NCBI GenBank assembly: GCA_039934415.1
Contig: JBDTME010000001.1
Span: forward strand, 49,496-113,495
Direction of reading: 5' to 3'
Length of the DNA: 64,000 bases
Origin: Patescibacteria group bacterium
Lineage (GTDB): Bacteria > Patescibacteriota > Microgenomatia > UBA1400 > PJMF01
Part shown: positions 30,453 to 39,439 of the stretch, in pieces
How the letters are laid out: every line of letters begins with the position of its first letter
Numbering within the stretch: position 1 is the first letter of the stretch
Program-made: the position numbers and the translations under genes
Notes under the pieces: generated by a model
What the model was told of the DNA's origin: nothing
Seen by the model: only the letters and a program-made list of their open reading frames with translations
Database searches by the model: none

Positions 30453-30559
30453 AATTGTTTGTTTACAAATTTTTTATTGACTTTATATACGATCACTTAT
30501 TCTAGTTCATCACATTCACTAGAAATTCGTGATCTGAAATAACTGATCTGAAAAGTTTA

Positions 30560-31957
30560 TCAGTTATTTCGCCACTCATTCCACTTAGTAGCTTTCTCAT
30601 ATGCATCTGCCACTTGGATTACTAAGTCTTCTCTGAAAAAAGGTGCCATGATATTCATGCCTAAGAAAAGTTTCGTTTTTTCATCTCTATAGCAAGGAAC
30701 ACTAATTCCTGGTAGCCCAGTCATTGAGCTGGGTTCAACGAGCATGTCTTCCATTTCACCAAACATTACAGCCCCGTTTGTTGCCCCAACTTTTTTTGCA
30801 AAACCTGGAGATGGGAGTGAAACTAACACGTCATATTTTTCAAATAATCGATCATAATCTTGTCTGAAAAGAGTACGAACTTTTTGAGCGAGTAAATAGT
30901 ATTTATCAGCGTATCCTTTACTTAAGGTATAGGTGCCTAGCATTATCCTGCGTTTTGCTTCATCTCCAAAAAAAGAGCGATCATTGCCAAACCTAATCCC
31001 ATCGTAACGAGCCAAATTACTGCTGACTTCACTTCGCTGAATAACTGTATACATTGCGATGGCGTATGTAGGATCCATTGCTTGAGCATGTTCTACGTGT
31101 GCACCCAAATCTTCTAATACTTTTAGTTCCTTTTCAAACATTGGTTTCACTGATTGAAGTCCAGGCTCATTTAAATACAACACTCCTACCTTTAATCCTT
31201 TAATACCTTTATTAAGTGATAGAGTGTAATCCGGAAATTTCTGTGAAGAACTTGTTGCATCGTAAAAGTCTTTTCCAGCCAAAATATTTAATAATATTGC
31301 AGAGTCCTCAACCGTTTTAGTCATTGGACCAGGACAATCTAGTGACGATCCCATCGCGACAACCCCATAACGACTAACTCGTCCATACGTAGGTTTGAGT
31401 CCCACGACTCCACACCAAGCTGCTGGTTGTCGAATCGAACCAGCTGTTTCTGAACCAATTGCCGCTATACACATATTTGAAGCAACTGCTGCAGCACTAC
31501 CACCTGAGGAACCTCCTGGTAGATGTTCAGGGTTCCGAGGATTAAGTGTTCGCCCATACTGTGAAGTCTCAGTCGATGAGCCGTGAGCCCATGCATCCAT
31601 GTTAGTTTTACCTACGATGATGCCACCGGCGTCTTTAATTTTTGCAGTGACCGTTGATTCATACGGTGGAATAAAATTATCTAATACTGTGGATGAAGCA
31701 GTGGTCCTCAATCCTTCGGTGAGAAAATTGTCTTTGACTGCTAATGGTACACCAGCCAGTTGAAATTTCTTTGATGGAGAAACTGCTTTCTCTGACTCAC
31801 TTGAGGCTTCTTTATTAAGGGTTAAATAAATATTCAGTTGGGAATTGTCTTTCTCAATTGCATTTGAAACATCGTTGAATACATCGGCAGCCGAAAACTG
31901 CTTTTCCGACAGTCCATCGATGGTTTGTTTCAAAGTGAGGGTATTCAATGAGGACAT
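30560..31957 (-). CDS. gatA: Glu-tRNA(Gln) amidotransferase subunit A
   Basis: Amidase signature GGSSGGSAAAVA and the Ser-cisSer-Lys triad region. Confidence 0.95.
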   Translation of the reverse strand: MSSLNTLTLKQTIDGLSEKQFSAADVFNDVSNAIEKDNSQLNIYLTLNKEASSESEKAVSPSKKFQLAGVPLAVKDNFLTEGLRTTASSTVLDNFIPPYESTVTAKIKDAGGIIVGKTNMDAWAHGSSTETSQYGRTLNPRNPEHLPGGSSGGSAAAVASNMCIAAIGSETAGSIRQPAAWCGVVGLKPTYGRVSRYGVVAMGSSLDCPGPMTKTVEDSAILLNILAGKDFYDATSSSQKFPDYTLSLNKGIKGLKVGVLYLNEPGLQSVKPMFEKELKVLEDLGAHVEHAQAMDPTYAIAMYTVIQRSEVSSNLARYDGIRFGNDRSFFGDEAKRRIMLGTYTLSKGYADKYYLLAQKVRTLFRQDYDRLFEKYDVLVSLPSPGFAKKVGATNGAVMFGEMEDMLVEPSSMTGLPGISVPCYRDEKTKLFLGMNIMAPFFREDLVIQVADAYEKATKWNEWRNN

Positions 31958-31959
31958 AT

Positions 31960-32250
31960 TTATTGTTCAATTAGTTGATCGACTACAAAAAAACCGTTGT
32001 GGGTCAGCTTCGCATTGGACAACGCTTGTTCTTGTGTCAGCGTGTGGACATCATCTATTTGATCTTCTCGAACAATATTGACTAAACCAGTCAGTTGATG
32101 AGTTGGTTCGACGTTTTTGACATCCAACTCCTGCAAAGTGTCAATTACCTTGAGAGTCTCATCAAAGGCTTTTTCCAGATCTTTTTCTTCGTGAGGAGTA
32201 AGTGGAATTTGTGCGAGTTGAGCAATGTGTTGAACGATACCAGTTTTCAT
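31960..32250 (-). CDS. gatC: Glu-tRNA(Gln) amidotransferase subunit C
   Basis: 96 aa (HIAQLAQIPLTPHEEKDLEKAFDETL). Located immediately upstream of gatA. Confidence 0.85.
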   Translation of the reverse strand: MKTGIVQHIAQLAQIPLTPHEEKDLEKAFDETLKVIDTLQELDVKNVEPTHQLTGLVNIVREDQIDDVHTLTQEQALSNAKLTHNGFFVVDQLIEQ

Positions 32251-32493
32251 ATTGGTTCATTTTATCATTGTTGGTCAAGATGAGAAGGTGAAAATGTCAG
32301 TGAATAGTTAACGAACGTTGATTAACATCAAAACTGCTAAAAATGAGAAGCAAGCGATTAAGGTGACGCTGGCGAGAGTACAAACTTGTGTGGCCATTAC
32401 CTTAAAATATACTGTTTTTATTCTCGATGTGCAATGTCAGATTTAATCTGGACAGCATAAACAACCCGTGAGACAATCAAAATTCACCTCATT

Positions 32494-33435
32494 ATGGCTG
32501 AAAACGCAAATAAACGACCAGTTGTATTATCCGTCAATGAATTAACTAAAAGCTTTCCTGGTAGGAAGTCTGATTTTTTGGCAGTCGATCAAGTCTCTTT
32601 TAACGTTCATCAAGGCGAAATTGTCGGATTGCTCGGTCCGAATGGTGCGGGAAAGACTACTACAATTCAAATGTTGCTTGGTTTAATGACGCCAACTTCA
32701 GGAGGTATTCATTACTTTGGATTACCCTTTGAGCTGCATCGTGAAGAAATCCTAAAAAAACTTAACCACACCTCCGGGTATGCCAGAATGCCCTGGAGAT
32801 TGACTGTTTTGGAGAATTTAAATGTATATGGTTGGATGTATGAAGTAAAAAACCACACTGAGAAAATTGCGGAGTTAGTCGATGCATTCGAGATAAAGTC
32901 ATTTAAAAACAAGCGTTTTCAAGATTTGTCAGCAGGACAGATGACTCGGGTATTACTTGCCAAAGCGTTTATTAATACTCCTGAACTGGTTTTATTAGAT
33001 GAACCAACAGCTAGTTTAGATCCTGATATTTCATTAAAAATTCGAAACTACATTTTAGATGAACAGAAGAAACGTAAGATGTCTTTAGTGATCACGTCTC
33101 ACAACATGCACGAGGTTGAGGAAATGTGTGATCGAGTGGTTTTCCTGAACAAAGGAAAAGTGTACGCGATTGATACCCCAGATGGTTTAGCAAAGAAAAA
33201 TCAAAATTGTGAGCTACAACTCATGGTGAGGGATGGACTCAAGCGATTAATCGAAGTGATCGAAGGACATGGATTTAGATTCTCAGTCAGTAAGAGATAT
33301 ATCGCGATTACTTTACCAGAACAACAGGTAGGGGCGCTTTTAAGTGAGATGGGCGCAAAAGGATTACAGTATAGTGAGATCGAAATTGTGAAGCCGTCGT
33401 TAGAAGATTTCTTTGTAAACGTAAGTAAAAAATAA
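32494..33435 (+). CDS. ABC transporter ATP-binding protein (ABC-2 exporter type)
   Basis: Walker A GPNGAGKTT, signature LSAGQMTRV, Walker B LVLLDEPTASLD. Confidence 0.9.
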   Translation: MAENANKRPVVLSVNELTKSFPGRKSDFLAVDQVSFNVHQGEIVGLLGPNGAGKTTTIQMLLGLMTPTSGGIHYFGLPFELHREEILKKLNHTSGYARMPWRLTVLENLNVYGWMYEVKNHTEKIAELVDAFEIKSFKNKRFQDLSAGQMTRVLLAKAFINTPELVLLDEPTASLDPDISLKIRNYILDEQKKRKMSLVITSHNMHEVEEMCDRVVFLNKGKVYAIDTPDGLAKKNQNCELQLMVRDGLKRLIEVIEGHGFRFSVSKRYIAITLPEQQVGALLSEMGAKGLQYSEIEIVKPSLEDFFVNVSKK

Positions 33436-33436
33436 T

Positions 33437-34222
33437 ATGAATATTCATCGAATTTTCGCAGTACTCCTGCGCCACTGGTATAACTTCACCCACAACTTGG
33501 ATCGCATTGTTGATGCATTTTATTGGCCATCAGTCGATATTGTATTATGGGGATTGACCATTTCAGCACTGCAGAAACAAGGACAAGTCATGGTGCAGCA
33601 AGTGTATGTGTTAGTTTTCAGCGTTATTTTATGGAATATCGTTTGGCGTGCTCAAGGTGAGATTACTGTAAATTTGTTGGAAGAATTATGGAGTGAAAAT
33701 ATCACCAATTTATTTGCCTCTCCATTGAAAGTTACAGAGTGGATGGTCGGACTATCTTTGATGAGTCTATTCAAACTTACATTAACAGTCTTACTTACCT
33801 CTGCCATCTCACTGCTTATGTACTCAGCAAATATTACTTCACTCGGTATCATGCTGGTCCCGATGATGGTGACCTTGATGCTTATGGGTTGGGCATTCGG
33901 TTTTTTTGTGGCAGGCTTATTTCTCCGCCACGGTACTAGTGTGCAAACCTTGGCCTGGGCTGGTGCGTTTATCTTAATGCCATTTTCAGCAGTATATTAC
34001 CCTCTTTTCACTTTACCGTTGTGGGTGCAGAAAGTTGCTTTGTTTTTACCCTCTAGTTACATTTTCGAAGGACTCAGAACACTTATGCAAACTGGTGTAT
34101 TTCCAATGCAAAGTTTGTTGTACTCAAATGTTTTGAATGCTATTTATCTCTCTTTAGCTATTCTGTACTTTTTTCGCTCTTTTGAGAAAGCAAGAGAAAA
34201 AGGATTAGGGCATTTGAAATAG
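33437..34222 (+). CDS. ABC-2 family transporter permease
   Basis: Six-TM hydrophobic protein, apparently translationally coupled to the upstream ATPase. Confidence 0.75.
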   Translation: MNIHRIFAVLLRHWYNFTHNLDRIVDAFYWPSVDIVLWGLTISALQKQGQVMVQQVYVLVFSVILWNIVWRAQGEITVNLLEELWSENITNLFASPLKVTEWMVGLSLMSLFKLTLTVLLTSAISLLMYSANITSLGIMLVPMMVTLMLMGWAFGFFVAGLFLRHGTSVQTLAWAGAFILMPFSAVYYPLFTLPLWVQKVALFLPSSYIFEGLRTLMQTGVFPMQSLLYSNVLNAIYLSLAILYFFRSFEKAREKGLGHLK

Positions 34223-34224
34223 AA

Positions 34225-35136
34225 TTATTTCAATGACCGCAATGCTTTGAGTCGCTCTTCAACTGGAGGATGGGTATCAAATAAACCGGCAAACCAACTT
34301 CGATTGCCTTGAATATTTTTTAAAGGGTTTGAGATATATAAATGCGCAGTTGCTTTGTTAGCAGCTTCGAGCGGTTCTCTATCTGCTGAGATTTTTTCTA
34401 AAGCACTGGCTAATCCTTCGGGATATTTTGTAATTGCAACTCCGGAAGCATCTGCCAAAAACTCTCTCCTTCTGGAAATCGCGAGTTGAATCAGTTGTGC
34501 AATCAGAGGAGAAAGTAATGCTAATATTAAACCCACAATGAAAAAAACAGTTTGTAACTGGCCTCCTTCATTGTCTCGACTTCTGCGTCCTCCACCCCAT
34601 GCTGCCATGCGTAACATCCAGTCAGCCAGTAGCGCGATCATTCCTACCATGACTGTTACTAAACTCATCAATCGAATATCATAATTTTTGACGTGAGAGA
34701 GCTCGTGAGCAATGACACCCTCTAGTTCAGTACGATTGAGTCTACTCAGTATTCCAGTTGTGGCACAAATGACAGCGTGATTGGGATCACGCCCGGTTGC
34801 GAACGCATTCATGGCTGTATCTTCAATCACATACAATTTAGGCATTTTCATTTGTTGATTAAGACACAGATTTTCAGTGACTGTATAAAAATCAAAATAT
34901 TTTTCCCTAGTCGCTTCATGAGCTCCAGAAATACTCAAGATAATTTTGTCGGAAAAATAATAAGAAAAGAATGAAGTAACTCCAGAAAAAATGAGTGCGT
35001 AGCCAACGATACTTAAGTCATAGCCAAACCCTTGAGCCATCACATACGTTGCTCCGACAATGAACACAATGAATAAAACAATGATTAAGGTAGATTTGTT
35101 TTTGTTAGAATCGACCTGAGAATAGATGTTAGACAT
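34225..35136 (-). CDS. htpX: Zinc metalloprotease HtpX (M48)
   Basis: HELSHVKNYD zinc motif. N-terminal TM helices. Confidence 0.85.
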   Translation of the reverse strand: MSNIYSQVDSNKNKSTLIIVLFIVFIVGATYVMAQGFGYDLSIVGYALIFSGVTSFFSYYFSDKIILSISGAHEATREKYFDFYTVTENLCLNQQMKMPKLYVIEDTAMNAFATGRDPNHAVICATTGILSRLNRTELEGVIAHELSHVKNYDIRLMSLVTVMVGMIALLADWMLRMAAWGGGRRSRDNEGGQLQTVFFIVGLILALLSPLIAQLIQLAISRRREFLADASGVAITKYPEGLASALEKISADREPLEAANKATAHLYISNPLKNIQGNRSWFAGLFDTHPPVEERLKALRSLK

Positions 35137-35157
35137 AAACTCTATTTATGGAAGATT

Positions 35158-35748
35158 TTACAGATCAACTTTTGGATCTTTCATCTCATCTGAACTGACT
35201 TCGACGTGCTCACCAGTCATCGGTGTTGCTAAGCCTGCTTCTGGCTTAAAGCCAAACATCCCTGCGATGATATTACTTGGGAAGACCATCAACTTTTGGT
35301 TATATGTTTGTGAGAGATCAATGACAGTTCTTCGAGCGTACATTAATTTGTCTGCAGTATCTCTCAGTTCGTTCATGAATTGAGCTACTGTAGCATCAGA
35401 TTTAATTTCTGGATTTGATTCTACTAATATGTTCAAGCGACCCATGACTCCTTGCAAGTCACTGACAGCCTTATCAATATTCTTCATGGAGCTAGATGAA
35501 CTGGCAGTTTGAACAGATTTTCTGGCATTAGTCAGCATTTCAAAAATATCTTTTTCTTGCTTCATGTAGCCTTTTACTGAGGCTTGAAGATTTGGAATCA
35601 AACTTGCTTGTCGTTTAAGTTGATTACCAATCTCTTGAATACTGGCAACGATACGAGTTTTGAGTGTCTGTAGTGAATTGAAGATTGAGATCACGTACAA
35701 GGCGATTGCAACACCGACGATGACGAGAATGAGCGGTAAACTGAACAT
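35158..35748 (-). CDS. lemA: LemA family protein
   Basis: N-terminal TM helix followed by a conserved LemA helical domain. The lemA-htpX gene pair is common. Confidence 0.8.
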   Translation of the reverse strand: MFSLPLILVIVGVAIALYVISIFNSLQTLKTRIVASIQEIGNQLKRQASLIPNLQASVKGYMKQEKDIFEMLTNARKSVQTASSSSSMKNIDKAVSDLQGVMGRLNILVESNPEIKSDATVAQFMNELRDTADKLMYARRTVIDLSQTYNQKLMVFPSNIIAGMFGFKPEAGLATPMTGEHVEVSSDEMKDPKVDL

Positions 35749-35792
35749 AGTACTCCTTTATTATTCTGGTAGAAATTATACTCTTTTCTTAC

Positions 35793-37034
35793 TTATAATC
35801 CATAGTATTGTCGGTCACCCAAGAACCCAGTCACTTCTGGTCGAATAATATCGTGAGATAACAGCGATCCGGGCTTAACGGTAAATAGGCCATATTTTTC
35901 GGTAATGGCGTCTAAAGAGTGACTCAGATTCTCTTTTTGTTGCCAGGGATCAAATAACGATAAGGGCGTTTCGTTCACCTTTTTCATCAAGCTTAGTCTG
36001 ACTGCAAATTTAATCACAGGAAACTGAGGTTTTGCTGAGAGATACAATTGATGGTACAAAAGATCAAACATCTCTGAAGTGTGTTGGATGTATTGTTTAT
36101 TTGTTTGGTGGGCAGACCAACCGTGTTCGTGGCCGTACAACCCAATCCAAACTTGCCGACCAGCTAAGTTCATGCGACGAGTTTTGTAAGTTACCTCTTC
36201 GATTAAGTTCAAAATGACCATTTTTTTGAGTTCTTCATCTTTGCACAGTTTAAAGCCTGTAATTGATCGTCCGACACTTTTCATATGACTTGGTTGATCG
36301 TCAATTAGACTTAAAACGTGTGAATCTTCGCCATAGGCAATCCGCAATAACTCTTTGGCCCAGAATGGACCAAATATCGGAAGTAGTTGTTCTTCGCTGT
36401 AAAAACGAATTTGATAAGGGTTTGTTACTCCCAGTACCTTCAGTTTTTTTTCTAATCGATATCCAATTCCACAAATTTCCGAAAAAGGTGCAGATGCTAA
36501 AAACACATCTTTATTTTCGGGAGTAATGTGTAAGATGTTGCCTTTCTTGGCAATTCCGGAAGCGAGTTTGGCCAATAACCGATTGTGACTTATGCCAACA
36601 TTACAGGTTACCCACTCCCCCAATTCCTGGAAAATGGTATGTTGGATTTTTTTTGCAACTGCTACCGGATCTTTGTAAATGTAAGTGAGACAGTCGGTGA
36701 TATCGATAAATGCTTCATCTAATGAGTAGATGAAGACATCTGGTGAAACGTCGTGAAAAATCTTTTTAAGGCGTCGTGTTGCATCTAAATAACGTTCGAA
36801 TTGAGCTGGCACACATAAGATGTTTGGACAAACTTCTTTCGCGTCTTTTAAATATGAACCCGTACGAACACCCATTGCTTTGGCTTCTTTAGAGGCTGCA
36901 ATGATACAAGTACGACCGACATCTTTAATGACTCCAATGGGTCGACCTCGCAAGGCAGGATTTTCTTGTTGCAACAGAGTTGCAAAGTACGAGTTCATAT
37001 CTACATGGAGGATGGTTTTGGGAAGATTATTCAT
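35793..37034 (-). CDS. Y-family DNA polymerase (DinB/UmuC-like)
   Basis: ILHVDMNSYFATL and SLDEAFIDITD are catalytic motifs of Y-family polymerases. Start at an internal ATG. Confidence 0.85.
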   Translation of the reverse strand: MNNLPKTILHVDMNSYFATLLQQENPALRGRPIGVIKDVGRTCIIAASKEAKAMGVRTGSYLKDAKEVCPNILCVPAQFERYLDATRRLKKIFHDVSPDVFIYSLDEAFIDITDCLTYIYKDPVAVAKKIQHTIFQELGEWVTCNVGISHNRLLAKLASGIAKKGNILHITPENKDVFLASAPFSEICGIGYRLEKKLKVLGVTNPYQIRFYSEEQLLPIFGPFWAKELLRIAYGEDSHVLSLIDDQPSHMKSVGRSITGFKLCKDEELKKMVILNLIEEVTYKTRRMNLAGRQVWIGLYGHEHGWSAHQTNKQYIQHTSEMFDLLYHQLYLSAKPQFPVIKFAVRLSLMKKVNETPLSLFDPWQQKENLSHSLDAITEKYGLFTVKPGSLLSHDIIRPEVTGFLGDRQYYGL

Positions 37035-37275
37035 CGAGCCAAATCTCCTCGAGTGTCCACGACTCACTTTCTCTATTGAAAGTAAGCCGATACAGCTCTT
37101 TGCCAACGAGTACGCTGTATAAACGCTTCCTGACACCACCGTCTTTGGTGTCTGATTTTAAAGTGACTTGTTGAATTAGATACTCTCGATTTTTCCAGCG
37201 AAATTTTTTGGGGATAAACGTGGATTTGGTATACACACCCGCGACTTCGATGGGTTCGTCTATTGTTTGGTACAT
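37027..37275 (-). CDS. Small protein (82 aa) translationally coupled to the Y-family polymerase; possible YolD/UmuD-like accessory factor
   Basis: Its stop overlaps the polymerase ATG within ATGAATAA. Assigned by synteny only. Confidence 0.45.
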   Translation of the reverse strand: MYQTIDEPIEVAGVYTKSTFIPKKFRWKNREYLIQQVTLKSDTKDGGVRKRLYSVLVGKELYRLTFNRESESWTLEEIWLDE

Positions 37276-37317
37276 GTAGTAATCAAATACTAAATATACC
37301 CGAAAGTCAAAGACAGC

Positions 37318-38319
37318 TTAGTGTATCCGCGCTTGGTTGATTTCTTCTTCACCGACTCGTTTCTCTGGTGGAATCCACTGAAGACCTAAATATTTGTAAA
37401 ATTCCTCTTCTGTAGCAAATTCAACCAATTTTTTATCTTGATCAACTAATTTGATGCCATGTTCTGAAAGCGATTTATCTTGTTTAAGTGCAAACTCACG
37501 CAGTTTAATGTTGTGTTCTTTCGAACCAGTGAAGTGTTGTAAGAAGGCTCCCCAACGTTGAGGAGGAGAGCTTTTGATATCAACTTGAATATTGTTTTGT
37601 AAAATGACTCGAATTAGATTATCGCCATCTGCAAGAATTTGTTTCACATTTTTTATTTTTTTCACAAAAGTTTTCACCTGATCAAAGTGGGTTGTGGAGA
37701 TGCCTAAATCGATATCTCTAACTCGCGCCTTTTTTCTACGTAAACTCCCCAGTGGCAATGCGTCATCTACCTGTGGACAGTTTTTTAATTCTTTGAGCAA
37801 TTCGTTGGCAATCTTAAACGCTTTATCATAGCTATACGAGGCTTCCTGGTGTCTGGACAGGTTAATTGCTTCGATAATATCTTGCTCGCTCTTTTCACCA
37901 AAGCCTTCTAAAGTTCGAATCTTGCCTGCTTGAGCGAGTTTTTCCAACTCATCGACAGCAGTTTTTGGCACTAACTGAAAAGTACTCACAAACTTATAGG
38001 CTCTTTTTACTCCAATACCATTGACATCGAGTAACGGAAATACGGCAGCAGGAACTTGCGAGATAAATTGGTCCATCTCTTCCGAATGTCCAGTAGTTAA
38101 CAACTCAATGATTTTTGACTCAATAGCAGGGCCAATCCCCTCAATTGCATCTAACGATTTTTTTTCTTGATACAACTGCTCAATCTGTTCTGGCAGATCT
38201 CTCAATACCTGAGCAATTTTTTGATAGGAACGAATTTGGAAGAAATATTTTTTCTGATCTATCAACTGTAATGCCGCAGCTAGATACTCAAAACGTTTAG
38301 AGATTTCCTGGTTAGTCAT
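37318..38319 (-). CDS. Family X DNA polymerase (Pol beta-like, no PHP domain)
   Basis: HhH motifs (IEGIGPAIESKI), nucleotidyltransferase region GSLRRKKARVRDIDL, and C-terminal YLGLQWIPPEKR. Confidence 0.8.
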   Translation of the reverse strand: MTNQEISKRFEYLAAALQLIDQKKYFFQIRSYQKIAQVLRDLPEQIEQLYQEKKSLDAIEGIGPAIESKIIELLTTGHSEEMDQFISQVPAAVFPLLDVNGIGVKRAYKFVSTFQLVPKTAVDELEKLAQAGKIRTLEGFGEKSEQDIIEAINLSRHQEASYSYDKAFKIANELLKELKNCPQVDDALPLGSLRRKKARVRDIDLGISTTHFDQVKTFVKKIKNVKQILADGDNLIRVILQNNIQVDIKSSPPQRWGAFLQHFTGSKEHNIKLREFALKQDKSLSEHGIKLVDQDKKLVEFATEEEFYKYLGLQWIPPEKRVGEEEINQARIH

Positions 38320-38370
38320 AGCTGAATTATTACTCAGGAGAAAGTGTTTGGCCAGTGGAAGTTGAAAATT

Positions 38371-38446
38371 TGGCGGACTCGGCCGGATTCGAACCGGTGA
38401 TCTCCTCTGTGACAGAGAGGCGTGATAACCACTACACTACGAGTCC
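38371..38446 (-). tRNA. tRNA-Asp (anticodon GUC), CCA encoded
   Basis: Hand-folded. Acceptor GGACTCG/CGAGTCC. Anticodon stem CCTCT/AGAGG with loop CTGTCAC. T-loop TTCGAAT. Ends GCCA. Confidence 0.9.
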
Positions 38447-38511
38447 TCTTTTTCGATCTCCAATTATACTAAATTTCTAGTACTTGAGTACCACTAAAAC
38501 CTTCGAACTAG

Positions 38512-38520
38512 TGATATAAT
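38512..38520 (+). promoter_or_regulatory. Putative extended -10 element TGATATAAT for the LysM gene
   Basis: TGnTATAAT lies about 20 nt upstream of the ATG at 38541. The same 9-mer occurs upstream of the ileS leader. Confidence 0.3.
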
Positions 38521-38540
38521 CGGCCCGAAAGGTGTTGTCT

Positions 38541-39248
38541 ATGGAAAAAAATGACATTAAACAAGCTTTGAAGAATGTAAAAGAGTTTGACCAAATTGGT
38601 AGTTTCGTCATGGGAGTAGCTGTAGTTGTCATTTTGTCTGGTGGTATCATTTATGGCTTGACCAAAATGAAGTTTCGGCCTTTTTCTTTCTATTCAAAGC
38701 CAATACCTTCATCTGAGCAAGTTACGCCTTCGATGTCTATTACAGAGCTAAAAGAACTCCCAGGTTCTCCTGATTTGTATGAAAAAGATGGTGAGTGGTA
38801 TGTTCACAATTTGCCTGCTCAATATGAAGTTCGACTAGGAGATTCTAGTTGGAAAGTCGCTTTAGCGGTGTATGGATCGGGTGAAAACTACCGAGACATA
38901 GAGAGTGAAAACAACATGAAAAACAATCAGGATTTAGTTGTTGGACAAAAAATTACTCTACCAAATGTACCATCAAAGAAAACAGGAGTGATAGTTGAAC
39001 CAACTGCTACAGCTGTTCCTAGTTCAACTCCTAACCCAACGACAACGCCATCTAGCACTGAAGTTGAAGGAAATTCTGGATTACCAACTAAACACGTGGT
39101 TCAGAAATCAGAAGGTCTCTGGCAAATCTCACAAAAGTACTACAACGATGGGTACAAATATATGAAGATTTATGAGGCAAATAGAGACAAGATGAAGAAT
39201 CCTGAAGATATTTCGGTAGGAATGGAATTAAACATCCCTAAACTTTAA
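38541..39248 (+). CDS. Membrane-anchored protein with two LysM domains
   Basis: N-terminal TM helix. Two LysM-like repeats (YEVRLGDSSWKVALAVYG...GQKITLP and HVVQKSEGLWQISQKYY...GMELNIP). Confidence 0.75.
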   Translation: MEKNDIKQALKNVKEFDQIGSFVMGVAVVVILSGGIIYGLTKMKFRPFSFYSKPIPSSEQVTPSMSITELKELPGSPDLYEKDGEWYVHNLPAQYEVRLGDSSWKVALAVYGSGENYRDIESENNMKNNQDLVVGQKITLPNVPSKKTGVIVEPTATAVPSSTPNPTTTPSSTEVEGNSGLPTKHVVQKSEGLWQISQKYYNDGYKYMKIYEANRDKMKNPEDISVGMELNIPKL

Positions 39249-39251
39249 CTG

Positions 39252-39322
39252 AGCCCCCTGTCAGAATCGGACTGACATCCGCGGTTTACGATACCGCTGT
39301 TCTACCATTGAACTAAGGAGGC
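39252..39322 (-). tRNA. tRNA-Thr (anticodon CGU)
   Basis: Hand-folded. Acceptor GCCTCCT/AGGGGGC. D-stem GTTC/GAAC. Anticodon stem GCGGT/ACCGC with loop ATCGTAA. T-arm GTCAG-TCCGATT-CTGAC. Confidence 0.85.
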
Positions 39323-39335
39323 GACGAAGTAACTG

Positions 39336-39406
39336 AGCGAGGTACGGGAATCGGACCCGCTTCTCATCCTTGGGAAGGACGCATACTACCAGTGTACTAA
39401 CCTCGC
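39336..39406 (-). tRNA. tRNA-Gly (anticodon CCC)
   Basis: Hand-folded. Acceptor GCGAGGT/ACCTCGC. Anticodon stem CGTCC/GGATG with loop TTCCCAA. T-arm GCGGG-TCCGATT-CCCGT. Confidence 0.85.
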
Positions 39407-39439
39407 GATGACCAACTGATTTTAACATGTTTTCGTGTT

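Noticed and set aside
30538-30568. Inverted repeat AATAACTGAT-N11-ATCAGTTATT at the gatA 3' end as an intrinsic terminator
   Set aside because: No U-run follows in the transcript sense, so it is not a canonical terminator. Kept only as a note under the gatCAB/NUDIX finding.
32251-32493. Palindrome TTGAT-TAAC-ATCAA in the gatC/ABC divergent spacer as an operator
   Set aside because: Short and AT-rich. Expected by chance in about 40% GC DNA. No second copy seen.
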